Counted from the first letter of the stretch, positions 39,177-49,085 are shown. The stretch: DNA of 64,000 nt from Syntrophales bacterium (GCA_963668175.1 OY764159.1:4480001-4544000); one strand, 5' to 3'. Notes: generated from the letters alone by a model not told the origin. Numbers and translations: made by a program.

Positions 39177-39590
39177 GTGATTATTTACGAATTGCGCTGC
39201 AAAAACAAGCATCAGTTTGAGGGCTGGTTTCAAGACCGGAACGCCTTTGAGGAACAAAAATCGAAAAATCTCATCCTTTGCCCGGTGTGCGGTGATGCCG
39301 GAGTGGAGATTGTTCTGTCGTCGCTGACCGTCATGGGTAAGGATACACCCTCCTATGAGAAGTCCCCCAAAGGGATGTCGCCTGTCCAAACCTTGAATGC
39401 GCTGCATGACTTCATCAACAGGAATTTTGAGGATGTCGGTGACAAATTTGCCGATGTTGCCCTGAAAATACATCGCGGTGAGGAAGAACAGCGGAATATT
39501 AAAGGCACAACGACAAGGAACGAAGAAGAAGCGCTCGTTGAAGAGGGCATTCACTTCATTAAAATTCCCATCACCAAATTTAACAGCTGA
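39177..39590 (+). CDS. DUF1178 family Zn-ribbon protein
   Basis: MIIYELRCKNKHQFEGWF...CPVCG...FEDVGDKFADVALKIHRGE...IKG...LVEEGI. Confidence 0.88.
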   Translation: MIIYELRCKNKHQFEGWFQDRNAFEEQKSKNLILCPVCGDAGVEIVLSSLTVMGKDTPSYEKSPKGMSPVQTLNALHDFINRNFEDVGDKFADVALKIHRGEEEQRNIKGTTTRNEEEALVEEGIHFIKIPITKFNS

Positions 39591-39603
39591 AACCACTCTC
39601 ACC

Positions 39604-41916
39604 ATGCAAGATTTCTTTACGGACATCACCAAAACCATTGGGAACTCGCCTCTTGTCGAAATCAAACGCCTAAATCAGAATAATAATGTAAAAATATTCG
39701 CGAAATTGGAGAGTTTCAACCCGGGAGGATCGATTAAAGACCGTGTTGCTTTCGCCATGATTGAAGGTGCGGAACGTCGCGGCGAACTGACCCGGGACAA
39801 AATCATCCTCGAAGCGACCAGCGGCAATACGGGGATCGGTTTGGCCTTTATCGCGGCAGCGAAGGGTTACAGGTTATGCCTGGCCATGTCGGAGGCTGCA
39901 AGCGAAGAGAGAAAGAAAATCCTGAAAGCCATGGGAGCGGAACTGCTTTTCACGCCGGCGAATCTCGGCACCGACGGCGCCATCGAGACGGTCTACAAAA
40001 TGCTCCGGGAACATCCGGATAAATATTACGGCACGGACCAGTTCAATAACGAAGACAACGTCCTGGCGCATTATCACGGTACGGGCGAGGAAATCTGGCG
40101 ACAGACGGGCGGCGCCGTGACGATGGTCGTCGCCACCCTTGGAACGACAGGAACGGCAATGGGCGTCTCAATGCGCCTCAAGGAGTACAATCCGGCCATT
40201 CGCATTATCGGCGTCGAGCCGTACCTGCAGCACAAGATCCAGGGGCTCAAGAACATGAAGGAATCTTACCGGCCGGGAATCTTCGACAAGAGCCGCCTCG
40301 ATGAAAAGATCAACATCCTCGATGAAGACGCCTTCGAGATGGCCAGGCGCCTGGCCCGGGAAGAGGGACTCCTGGTGGGGATGAGTTCAGGCGCAGCCAT
40401 GCACGTCGCGATTGAGAAGGCCAAAACCATGAGCGAAGGATTGGTGGTCGTCATCCTCCCGGACAGCGGCGAAAGATATCTAAGCACGGAGCTCTTCACG
40501 GATAAACAGGAAACGACGCTCCGGGTCTTCAATACGCTGACGAAAGAAAAAATGTTTTTCAAACCGATCAGCCCTGAGACCGTATTGATGCATTCGTGCG
40601 GACCCACCGTTCATGAGGTTCCGCATATCGGAAGTTACCGCCGTTTTGTCGTGTCCGATATGATCCAGCGGTATCTTGAATACAAGGGATACCAAGTGAA
40701 GCATGTCATGAATATCATCGATCTCGCCGACCGCGCCATCCGCGGCGCGGAGCGAGCCAACATGGAGATGGCGGCCTATTCGGAAAAATGCACTGCATCC
40801 TTCATGAACGGCATCGATAAACTGAACATCAAGCACGAAGAACCTTATCCCAAGGCGAGCGAGAATGTCGACGCCATGGTCCGTCTCACGGAGCGGCTGA
40901 TCGACAAAGGCTATGCCTATGAAAAACTGAGGTCCGTTTATTTCGATATCTCCAAACTAGATGATTACGGCGTATTGTCGAACATCGACCTCAAGAAAGT
41001 TAAACCGGGCAAGACCATCGACCAGGACGATTATGCCAAGGACAGTCCCGTCGATTTCACCCTCCTTAAAAGATCCACCCTGCAGGAACTGAAGAAGGGT
41101 GTTTATTTCACGACCCCGTGGGGGAGCGTCCGGCCCAGCTGGCATCTGGAATGTGCGGCTATCTCACTGAAATACCTCAATGAATCGTTCGACATTCATG
41201 CCAGCGGTTCCGACATCATTTTCCCCCATTGTGAAAATGTCATGGCAATCGGAAAAGCTGCGACAGGGAAGCAGATGGCCAATTACTGGCTCAACACGGA
41301 GCTCCTGATGATCGAGGGGAAGAAGATGTCGCGATCCCTGAACAACACCCTGACGATCGAGGAACTGGAAGCAAAGGGATACGCCGGCCGGGAGATCAGA
41401 TTTTTTCTTCTCAGCGCCCATTACCGAAAACCGCTGAATTTTTCCTTCGGAGCCCTGGCCTCGGCCAAGAACACCGTGACGAGACTCGATCGGTTCATCC
41501 AAAGGCTGATGTATTTCACCCCCGGCAGCGGTCATCCCGATACGGAACAGCTCATTTATGACCTCAAGCAGGGTTTTGCCCAGGCCATGGATGACGATTT
41601 CAACATGTCGGGGGCCTTGGCGTCGATTTTCGAATTCGTCAAGAAGGTGAATCTTCCGCTCTCCCAAGGCCAATTGACGGAAAAAGAGAGGGACCGCATC
41701 CTGGAGACGATGACCTCGATCGATAAGGTCCTTGGTGTTATGAACTTTGAAAAACAGATCATCGACAGCGCGACGCTGAAGCTCATCGAAGAGCGGGAAG
41801 CCTTGAGAAAGGACGGCCGCTGGGATGAGTCGGACGCCATCAGGAGAAAACTGGCAGAGATGGGGGTGGAGATTTCCGATACCCCGGAGGGCATGTTCTG
41901 GAGGTTGAAATCATGA
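39604..41916 (+). CDS. Cysteine synthase (PLP, CysK/CysM-like) fused to a cysteinyl-tRNA synthetase-like domain
   Basis: One 770-aa frame: KLESFNPGGSIKDR, EATSGNTG, PDSGERYLST, then from about 40513 VFNTLT...CGPTV...HIGS...RPSWHLEC...FPHCEN...KMSRS...AMDDDFN...SDAIRRKL. Confidence 0.92.
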   Translation: MQDFFTDITKTIGNSPLVEIKRLNQNNNVKIFAKLESFNPGGSIKDRVAFAMIEGAERRGELTRDKIILEATSGNTGIGLAFIAAAKGYRLCLAMSEAASEERKKILKAMGAELLFTPANLGTDGAIETVYKMLREHPDKYYGTDQFNNEDNVLAHYHGTGEEIWRQTGGAVTMVVATLGTTGTAMGVSMRLKEYNPAIRIIGVEPYLQHKIQGLKNMKESYRPGIFDKSRLDEKINILDEDAFEMARRLAREEGLLVGMSSGAAMHVAIEKAKTMSEGLVVVILPDSGERYLSTELFTDKQETTLRVFNTLTKEKMFFKPISPETVLMHSCGPTVHEVPHIGSYRRFVVSDMIQRYLEYKGYQVKHVMNIIDLADRAIRGAERANMEMAAYSEKCTASFMNGIDKLNIKHEEPYPKASENVDAMVRLTERLIDKGYAYEKLRSVYFDISKLDDYGVLSNIDLKKVKPGKTIDQDDYAKDSPVDFTLLKRSTLQELKKGVYFTTPWGSVRPSWHLECAAISLKYLNESFDIHASGSDIIFPHCENVMAIGKAATGKQMANYWLNTELLMIEGKKMSRSLNNTLTIEELEAKGYAGREIRFFLLSAHYRKPLNFSFGALASAKNTVTRLDRFIQRLMYFTPGSGHPDTEQLIYDLKQGFAQAMDDDFNMSGALASIFEFVKKVNLPLSQGQLTEKERDRILETMTSIDKVLGVMNFEKQIIDSATLKLIEEREALRKDGRWDESDAIRRKLAEMGVEISDTPEGMFWRLKS

Positions 41917-42740
41917 ATGGCGAGACAAGAAGATCGATCATTGCAGGTTCATGGTACCCCGGCAATCCCGATGTCTTGCGCGAAGACATTGAAGAGTATT
42001 TAAAAGAGGCATCATCAGGAGACATACAGGGCGAGATATTGGGCGTCGTAGCGCCCCACGCAGGCTACGTCTATTCAGGAGGCGTGGCCGCCTATGCCTA
42101 TAAACCCATCCGGGGCAAGCGATACGACACGGTCATCGTCATCAGCCCGTCGCACCGCATGGCCTTTCCGGGAGCCTCCATATACCGCCGGGGAGGCTAT
42201 GAGACGCCTTTGGGCATCGTACCCGTTGATGCGGAGATGTCGGACTTCCTTATCAATAACAGCACGATCATCAGCGATGCACCTGCGGCGCACATTCAGG
42301 AACATGCCCTCGAAATACAGCTGCCTTTCCTGCAGACCGTTCTCGGTCCATTCCTCCTTGTACCCATCATTATGGGCAGCCAGGATAGAAGGACCTGCGA
42401 ATCGCTTGCCAAATCGATAACGGAGGCCGCCGGCGATCAGCAGGTCTTGATCGTGGGCAGTTCCGACTTATCACACTTCCACGATTACCGCAGGGCGGTC
42501 AGTATCGATCAGACGGTGTTGCAGCATCTCGATAAGATGGATGCCGTCGGACTTCTGAACGATCTCAAGACGGGCCGCGGCGAGGCATGCGGCGGAGGAC
42601 CCGCCGCCGTCACCATGATGGCGGCAGGCATGCGGGGAGCGACCGAAGCGAAAGTGCTTAAATACGCGAATTCCGGCGATGTTACGGGGGACAGGGACCG
42701 GGTTGTCGGCTACGCCGCCGCCGTATTCTGGAAACCATAA
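41913..42740 (+). CDS. amrB: AmmeMemoRadiSam system protein B (MEMO1 family)
   Basis: AGSWYP, PHAGYVYSG, SPSH, EHALEIQLPFL, SSDLSHF, ACGGGP, YANSGDV, VVGYAA. ATGA overlap with the upstream fusion. Confidence 0.93.
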   Translation: MNGETRRSIIAGSWYPGNPDVLREDIEEYLKEASSGDIQGEILGVVAPHAGYVYSGGVAAYAYKPIRGKRYDTVIVISPSHRMAFPGASIYRRGGYETPLGIVPVDAEMSDFLINNSTIISDAPAAHIQEHALEIQLPFLQTVLGPFLLVPIIMGSQDRRTCESLAKSITEAAGDQQVLIVGSSDLSHFHDYRRAVSIDQTVLQHLDKMDAVGLLNDLKTGRGEACGGGPAAVTMMAAGMRGATEAKVLKYANSGDVTGDRDRVVGYAAAVFWKP

Positions 42741-42770
42741 AGCACAGTCTCAGGACAGATTGGGGGGCCT

Positions 42771-43322
42771 GTGAATCTGACGGAAAGCGAAAAAGAGCAT
42801 CTGCTCAACATAGCCAAAACCGCAGTGAAGACGCGGCTGGCCGGGAACGATACGCGGGAGAAGAAAACACCCGACATGCCCGTTTTGAAAGAAAAACGGG
42901 GGGCATTCGTCACCTTAAAGAAAAGAGGGCAGTTGCGCGGCTGCATCGGTTACATCCAGGCCGTTAAGCCCCTCGGACAAACCATAGATGAAATGGCCCA
43001 GGCGGCCGCATTCGGCGATCCGAGATTCCCGCCTGTGACGAAGGAGGAATTGCCCCTCCTGTCATTCGAGATTTCCGTCTTGACGCCGCTTAAGGAAATA
43101 GAAAATGTGGACGAAATCGAGGTAGGCGTCCACGGGATATATATCGTCAAGGGATTCCACTCCGGCCTGCTCCTTCCCCAAGTCGCAACGGAATACGGAT
43201 GGGACCGGAAGACCTTTCTCGAACATACCTGCTATAAGGCGGGACTTTCCCCCCGGGCGTGGCAGGATAAGGACGCAAAGATTTACATCTTTTCCGCGGA
43301 TATATTTTGTGATTCCGTATAG
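42771..43322 (+). CDS. amrA: AmmeMemoRadiSam system protein A (AMMECR1 family)
   Basis: GAFVTL...LRGCIG, AAAFGDPRF, EISVLTP, GLLLPQVA, KAGL. Confidence 0.94.
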   Translation: MNLTESEKEHLLNIAKTAVKTRLAGNDTREKKTPDMPVLKEKRGAFVTLKKRGQLRGCIGYIQAVKPLGQTIDEMAQAAAFGDPRFPPVTKEELPLLSFEISVLTPLKEIENVDEIEVGVHGIYIVKGFHSGLLLPQVATEYGWDRKTFLEHTCYKAGLSPRAWQDKDAKIYIFSADIFCDSV

Positions 43323-43341
43323 TTGCCTGATAAAAAAACAT

Positions 43342-43370
43342 TTGACTAAAATACGGGGGATCATTAAGAT
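43342..43370 (+). promoter_or_regulatory. Sigma70 promoter for gap-tpiA
   Basis: TTGACT-N17-TAAGAT. Confidence 0.6.
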
Positions 43371-43406
43371 CAGGCCCCGTTAAAATCCATTCACAAGGAG
43401 CGACAT

Positions 43407-44414
43407 ATGGCTGTTAAAGTAGCTATCAATGGGTTCGGCAGAGTTGGTCGGTATATCGTCAGGGCCTGCCTGGGCAACGGCGACATCGAGATCGTGGCCA
43501 TCAACTCGAGAGCGAAAGTGGATACGCTGGCACACCTTCTGAAATACGATTCCGTCCACGGCAAGATTGAGGCCGATGTCTCCACGGAAGGCAATACCAT
43601 GATCGTCGGCGGCCAGAAGATCACGATTACGAGCGAAACATCCAATCTGGCACAATTGCCCTGGAAATCCATGGGCGTCGAGATCGTCCTAGAATCGACG
43701 GGCAAATTCAGAAAGAAAGACGAAGTGTCGGGCCATATCGCAGCAGGGGCCAAGAAAGTCATTCTGGCCGTTCCCGGCAAGGGTATTGACGGAACATTTG
43801 TCATGGGCGTGAACGAGGGCTCGTACGATCCCCAGAAACACCACATCATCTCCAATGCGTCATGCACGACAAACTGCCTTGCGCCGGTCGCGAAAGTCCT
43901 TCAGGACCAATTTAAAATCGTCAAGGGCTTCATGACGACCGTCCACGCTTTCACAATGGACCAGAGGCTTCTTGACGGGTCCCACAAGGATTTGAGGCGG
44001 GCGCGCGCGGCCTCCATGTCGATCGTTCCGACGTCGACGGGGGCGACTTCAGCCGTTGCGGAAGTCATCCCGGAGCTTAAAGGCAAGCTCGACGGCGTCG
44101 CCCTGAGGGTGCCGACACCGAACGTGTCCCTCGTCGATTTCGCCGTCGAAGTGGAAAAGAAGGTCACCGTCAACGATGTCAACGGGGCATTGAAGGATGC
44201 GGCAGCAGGAAAACTGAAGGGCATCCTGGCCTATTCCGATGAGGAACTGGTCAGTGTCGACTTCACAAGCAGTCCGTATTCATCCATTGTGGATGCCCCC
44301 CTGACTTCGGTTATCGACGGCAACTTCGTCAAAGTCTTTTCCTGGTACGACAACGAAAGCGGTTATGCATGCAGAATGAGAGACCTTGCCATCTACATCA
44401 GTCGTAAAGGATAA
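43407..44414 (+). CDS. gap: Glyceraldehyde-3-phosphate dehydrogenase type I
   Basis: INGFGRVGR, LKYDSVHG, SNASCTTNCLAP, RVPTPNVS, WYDNE. Confidence 0.97.
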   Translation: MAVKVAINGFGRVGRYIVRACLGNGDIEIVAINSRAKVDTLAHLLKYDSVHGKIEADVSTEGNTMIVGGQKITITSETSNLAQLPWKSMGVEIVLESTGKFRKKDEVSGHIAAGAKKVILAVPGKGIDGTFVMGVNEGSYDPQKHHIISNASCTTNCLAPVAKVLQDQFKIVKGFMTTVHAFTMDQRLLDGSHKDLRRARAASMSIVPTSTGATSAVAEVIPELKGKLDGVALRVPTPNVSLVDFAVEVEKKVTVNDVNGALKDAAAGKLKGILAYSDEELVSVDFTSSPYSSIVDAPLTSVIDGNFVKVFSWYDNESGYACRMRDLAIYISRKG

Positions 44415-44422
44415 GACGAGCA

Positions 44423-45175
44423 TTGACGAAACCATTCATTGTTGCCAACTGGAAGATGCACAAGACGATCAGTGAAGCGGTTGCTTTTGCCGAGTCTTTG
44501 AGAAAACTTCATACGGATCCGGCGAAGTGCGATCTCGTGATTGCACCTCCGTTTACCGCCATACGCTCCATTGCTGACGCTTTGAAGGGATCGCCAATAG
44601 GCATTGCCGCCCAGAATCTGCATCACCATCGTGACGGCGCCTTTACGGGAGAAATATCGGCGGGAATGCTGGCCGAAGCGGGATGTCAATATGTTATTAT
44701 CGGACATTCCGAGCGGAGATTACATTTCGGCGAAAGCGATAATATTATTCATCAAAAAATTAAAATGGCCCTTGCGTTCCACTTGGTGCCGATCCTTTGT
44801 ATAGGAGAGACGCTTCCGGAACGCGAGAGGGAAGAAACATTTGAGGTCATAGAAAAACAGTTAAAAGAAGGATTGAATAATTTCGGGGCAGGTGATATAG
44901 GACGGCTCGTCATCGCCTATGAGCCGGTATGGGCCATAGGCACGGGAAGAACAGCAACGCCGGAACAGGCTGAAAATGTTCATGTTCATATCAGACATTT
45001 GCTGTCATCCCAATGCGGTGACCAGGTTGCGCGTCAGACAAGCATTATTTACGGCGGCAGCGTCACCGGGGATAACATTGCCGGACTCAAGGAAAAGCAA
45101 GCCATCAACGGTGTTCTCGTCGGCGGTGCCAGCTTAAAGGTTGAATCGTTTGCCAGAATTGCCGGCTATGAATGA
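44423..45175 (+). CDS. tpiA: Triosephosphate isomerase
   Basis: NWKMH, GHSERR, AYEPVWAIGTG, YGGSV, LVGGASL; TTG start. Confidence 0.97.
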   Translation: MTKPFIVANWKMHKTISEAVAFAESLRKLHTDPAKCDLVIAPPFTAIRSIADALKGSPIGIAAQNLHHHRDGAFTGEISAGMLAEAGCQYVIIGHSERRLHFGESDNIIHQKIKMALAFHLVPILCIGETLPEREREETFEVIEKQLKEGLNNFGAGDIGRLVIAYEPVWAIGTGRTATPEQAENVHVHIRHLLSSQCGDQVARQTSIIYGGSVTGDNIAGLKEKQAINGVLVGGASLKVESFARIAGYE

Positions 45176-45317
45176 TCGGTTTCGTGGCAAGACTGTAGGA
45201 TAATAGAGGATAAACCCTAACAGGGTCCGGAAATCATAAGGGAAGAGATACCCGGCGGAGATCATTTCATACCAGATAAGATCTCTAAAATATCTCGCAA
45301 AGTCAAGGAGCGGTTAA

Positions 45318-45686
45318 GTGCAGATATTTATCACTATTATTCACGTAGTAGTCTGTTTTGTGCTGGTACTTGTTGTCCTTCTGCAGGCTGGCAAAGGGGC
45401 GAGCATGGGGGCTGCTTTTGGCGGGTCGAGCCAGACGGTTTTTGGAAGCAGCGGTCCCAGCACATTTCTGAGCAAGATGACGACATGGGTGGCTGTGGTC
45501 TTTATGTTGACCTCTTTGGCCCTATCCCATCCATACTTCTATAGTTCAGGCGGCGGGTCTCTCATGAAAGGTGCCAAACAGCAGGATACGAAAGCCGCGC
45601 CGCAGGTTCCGGCGCAGCAACCGCAGGCGCCGTCTGCACCGGCGGCACAAGGACAGCCGGCACCTCCTGCAGCGCCGGGGAAGTAG
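45318..45686 (+). CDS. secG: Preprotein translocase subunit SecG
   Basis: [27 protein letters not shown]; two TMs; tpiA-secG-tRNA-Leu synteny. Confidence 0.94.
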   Translation: MQIFITIIHVVVCFVLVLVVLLQAGKGASMGAAFGGSSQTVFGSSGPSTFLSKMTTWVAVVFMLTSLALSHPYFYSSGGGSLMKGAKQQDTKAAPQVPAQQPQAPSAPAAQGQPAPPAAPGK

Positions 45687-45788
45687 TGAACTGTTAAAAG
45701 GAGATAAAATAAGAAGAAACCTGTTTCGATAGGTTGAGAGGTTCTGCGGAGAATCAGTAGGGAATTTGCACACCACGATAAAATACAT

Positions 45789-45875
45789 GCCGAAGTGGTG
45801 GAATTTGGTAGACACGCTATCTTGAGGGGGTAGTGGGCCACGCCCGTCCGGGTTCAAGTCCCGGCTTCGGCACCA
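45789..45875 (+). tRNA. tRNA-Leu (anticodon GAG)
   Basis: GCCGAAGTGGTGGAATTTGGTAGACACGCTATCTT-GAG-GGGGTAG...GGTTCAAGTCCCGGCTTCGGCACCA. Confidence 0.97.
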
Positions 45876-45885
45876 TGAAATGAAC

Positions 45886-45918
45886 AAATAGCGCAGCAAA
45901 ACATGTTGCGCTATTTTT
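45886..45918 (+). terminator. Intrinsic terminator after tRNA-Leu
   Basis: AAATAGCGCAGCA...TGTTGCGCTATTTTT. Confidence 0.75.
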
Positions 45919-46095
45919 CTGATACATCCCTTTGAGATCGGCTGAACAAGAGCGACACGAACCGCAGAAGCTCGATTTCAGGCATTTTCAATGCCTTCGG
46001 CATTTCGACATCCAATCCTGTCATCGTCATGGACAATTAACCTATCAAATAATCAGGGAACATAACCACTAAGAATTCGACAGGAGGCTTTCTTC

Positions 46096-46716
46096 ATGTT
46101 TTTGGTTCCTAAAGAAGAAAAATTTTTTGACCATTTTGAGCAGTTGGCGGATAAAATCGAAAAAGGCGGACAGTTATTTCTCGATATTCTTGACAATTAC
46201 GAACATTCCGAGGCCAAAGTCTCTACGCTGAAGGAAATAGAACACGAAGCGGACAAGATAACCCACCAGATATACGCCAAGATGCACCAGACGTTTTTAA
46301 CCCCGCTGGACCGTGAGGATATTTATGCCCTTGCCAACAAAATGGACAGCATTCTGGACATCATTGAGGCGTCCGCCGTTCGTTTATATCTTTATAAGGT
46401 CAAATCGCCCGTCAATGAAATCAAGGAATTAGCCTTGACGCTGGAAAAAGCTATCGCGCTTGTGAAGGTCATTGTCCACGCGCTCCGGAATAAGAAGAAT
46501 TCCGAGATGGCCATCAAAACCTGTGTCGAGATCAACACCCTGGAAAATGAAGGCGATTACATTTTAAGGCAGGCGATAGCGAGGCTTTTTGAGCGGGAAA
46601 AGGATGCTGTTGAGCTGCTCAAGCAGAAAGAAATTCTGGAAAGGGTTGAAGAAGGTCTCGATACATGTGAGGATGTTTCCAATATTGTGGAAGGAATTAT
46701 CCTGAAGCATGGATAG
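46096..46716 (+). CDS. DUF47 phosphate transport regulator (PhoU-like)
   Basis: EHEADKI, TFLTPLDREDI, LENEGD, DTCEDVSN; overlaps the pit start. Confidence 0.92.
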   Translation: MFLVPKEEKFFDHFEQLADKIEKGGQLFLDILDNYEHSEAKVSTLKEIEHEADKITHQIYAKMHQTFLTPLDREDIYALANKMDSILDIIEASAVRLYLYKVKSPVNEIKELALTLEKAIALVKVIVHALRNKKNSEMAIKTCVEINTLENEGDYILRQAIARLFEREKDAVELLKQKEILERVEEGLDTCEDVSNIVEGIILKHG

Positions 46717-47710
46717 CCATTCATTAGCTTTAATTATAACAATTGTAATTATAGCTTTTGTTTTCGATTTCATTAACGGTTTTCACGACTCGGCAAATGC
46801 CATTGCCACCGTCGTAACCACCCGTGTTCTCACGCCGGTCAAAGCCGTCATCTGGGCGGCCACCTTCGAATTCATGGCCTTCTTCGTCGCCGGTATTCCC
46901 GTGGCGAAAACCATAGGCACCGGCATCATCGATCCGAATATCGTCGATAATCTGATTATCCTGGCGGCGCTCTTGGGGGCCGTCAGTTGGAATCTCATCA
47001 CCTGGTGGCTCGGTCTGCCCAGCAGTTCTTCCCATGCCCTCATCGGCGGCATGATCGGTGCCGGCGTCATCAAGGGCGGCGCGGATATTCTGGTCTGGAA
47101 GGGCATCATCAAGACGACCCTTTTTATCGTCATTTCGCCACTGTTAGGTATGATCTTGTCATTTTCCATCATGATCCTTGCCTTGAATCTATCCCAAAAC
47201 AGCAACGTACGCCGATCGGACACCATTTTCCGGAGACTGCAGTTGGCGTCTGCGGCCGTATACAGTATGAGCCATGGTATGAACGACGCTCAAAAGACCA
47301 TGGGCATCATCGCCATCGTACTTTTCAGCGGCGGCTATTTAGGGCCTACCTTTCACGTACCTCCGTGGGTTATGCTCGGATGCTACGTATTCATCGCCCT
47401 GGGAACCATGGCCGGCGGGTGGCGGATCGTAAAAACCATGGGCAACAAAATCACCAAGCTCACGCCCATGGGGGGATTTTGTTCAGAAGCCGCGGCCGCC
47501 ATTTCGATTATCGGCGCCTCCCTTGGAGGCATACCTGTGAGCACTACCCACACCATCACCGGCGCCATCGTCGGTGTTGGCGCCACCAAAAGGCTGACGG
47601 CCGTACGTTGGGGAATAGCCGGTGAAATCGTTTGGGCCTGGGTACTGACTATTCCGATGGCGGCAGCATTATCGGCGGTTCTGTTTCTTGTTTTAGATCT
47701 CGTCATATAA
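46709..47710 (+). CDS. pit: Inorganic phosphate transporter (PiT family)
   Basis: NGFHDSANAIAT, GLPSSSSHALIGG, HGMNDAQKTMG, GIPVSTTH. Confidence 0.95.
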   Translation: MDSHSLALIITIVIIAFVFDFINGFHDSANAIATVVTTRVLTPVKAVIWAATFEFMAFFVAGIPVAKTIGTGIIDPNIVDNLIILAALLGAVSWNLITWWLGLPSSSSHALIGGMIGAGVIKGGADILVWKGIIKTTLFIVISPLLGMILSFSIMILALNLSQNSNVRRSDTIFRRLQLASAAVYSMSHGMNDAQKTMGIIAIVLFSGGYLGPTFHVPPWVMLGCYVFIALGTMAGGWRIVKTMGNKITKLTPMGGFCSEAAAAISIIGASLGGIPVSTTHTITGAIVGVGATKRLTAVRWGIAGEIVWAWVLTIPMAAALSAVLFLVLDLVI

Positions 47711-48255
47711 TAGCGCCCGCCGGTATTTTCGATCTTTAGGAGTGGTCCCTGATGCCGTTCTTTCCAAAGCAGCCGATAAGCTGATCGGACGTTTTTACCA
47801 ATCCTGTTTTATCTTGACTATGGAACCTTATCAGCTTAATATTAGCATCACTTTAGGCACTTGCCAGATATCAGCGGACCGCTTTTACGTGTGACAATGG
47901 ATTTATAAATTTAAATAAATTCTCGATCCTGCGACGAATAGAATTTTTAAAAGGCGGATGAACGATAGGTGTTGGAATGCGATTGACTGACGGCTCTGCT
48001 ATTCCTGTATCGTGATGGAACTCCTATCAGGCAAGTTCAATAGAATATATTGCGCTTTCTGCTGATCAAAGCCGATTTTTCAAGTTATCGAATTCACTTC
48101 AGATAGCAGTGTGACGATCATTGATCGCCAAAGTTGTCGCGGGAAGGAATCCCTGTTACGCAACCGGAGTCGTCTTAGATTTTTTATTCTTCACGATGCT
48201 CGTTTGCGGAGGAATTCATCGAACCGCTATTGAATTCATCAGGATGGTATCGCTC

Positions 48256-48960
48256 ATGTCCTTATCTCGAATTTCATCCGGAACGGTCGCGCCAAGAGTT
48301 GCCCCTTTTGCCCTGTTCATGCTTTTTATCGGATTGGATGAATTATTGCACTTTCTTAAAATTCAAGGACTTGTAAATATATCGGAAACCTTCTTCCTGT
48401 TTCTATATCCGGTTAAGATATCGCTGGTAGGGTTGATCCTCTGGCTGTGGCGCTCTGCTTATACAGAGATTGATGCAAAGGATATTTTGAAATATCGCTT
48501 GAGCTTCATCAGCATAATCACAGGCGTTGTTGTCTTTGTACTGTGGATTTGGATGATATGGCCTTTCGCCGTATTCGGAAACCCAGCGGGATTCGATCCT
48601 TCGATTTTCGTCAACGACGGACTTAAATATTTCATGATAACGGTCCGTCTGATAGGAGCGGTTATCATCGTACCGATTATGGAGGAGCTTTTTTGGCGAT
48701 CATTTCTGATCCGCTACCTTACCGGCACTTCCTTTTCGGACATAAGAATCGGTCAGATGACTGCGACAGCCTTCGTCGTAACAACGGTTCTCTTCGGATT
48801 GGAACACAATCTCTGGCTTGCCGGGATGATGGCCGGTGCAGCCTATAATCTCCTTCTGCTACACACGCGGAGCATCGCACAGTGCATTATTGCCCACGCC
48901 GCAACCAATGCATTGCTGGGAATATACGTCCTGACGACGAAACAATGGTTCTTCTGGTAA
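48256..48960 (+). CDS. CAAX prenyl protease-related (CPBP) membrane protein, exosortase-associated type
   Basis: PIMEELFWRSFL, LFGLEH, IIAHAATNALLG, terminal QWFFW. Start uncertain (48244 or 48256). Confidence 0.85.
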   Translation: MSLSRISSGTVAPRVAPFALFMLFIGLDELLHFLKIQGLVNISETFFLFLYPVKISLVGLILWLWRSAYTEIDAKDILKYRLSFISIITGVVVFVLWIWMIWPFAVFGNPAGFDPSIFVNDGLKYFMITVRLIGAVIIVPIMEELFWRSFLIRYLTGTSFSDIRIGQMTATAFVVTTVLFGLEHNLWLAGMMAGAAYNLLLLHTRSIAQCIIAHAATNALLGIYVLTTKQWFFW

Positions 48961-49085
48961 AATGTTGCCCTCGACCCAAGGGAGTCGGTCCCTTTGATTG
49001 GCTCTTGCAAAATGAAGTATTCATATCATGAGTGTATTTACCCACAAGATATAGATCACGCACATCGATAAGACGTGGAATTGAC

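Noticed and set aside
39478..39603. N-terminal extension of the Cys fusion in the ORF track
   Set aside because: Overlaps DUF1178; the cysteine synthase domain begins at ATG 39604.
45590..45683. Pro/Ala/Gln-rich low-complexity repeats
   Set aside because: Disordered SecG tail, not a DNA repeat element.
6289..45875. Two tRNA-Leu genes with near-identical ends in inverted orientation, as possible att or inversion sites
   Set aside because: Both are complete isoacceptors (CAG, GAG), the interval holds core genes, and no recombinase is present.
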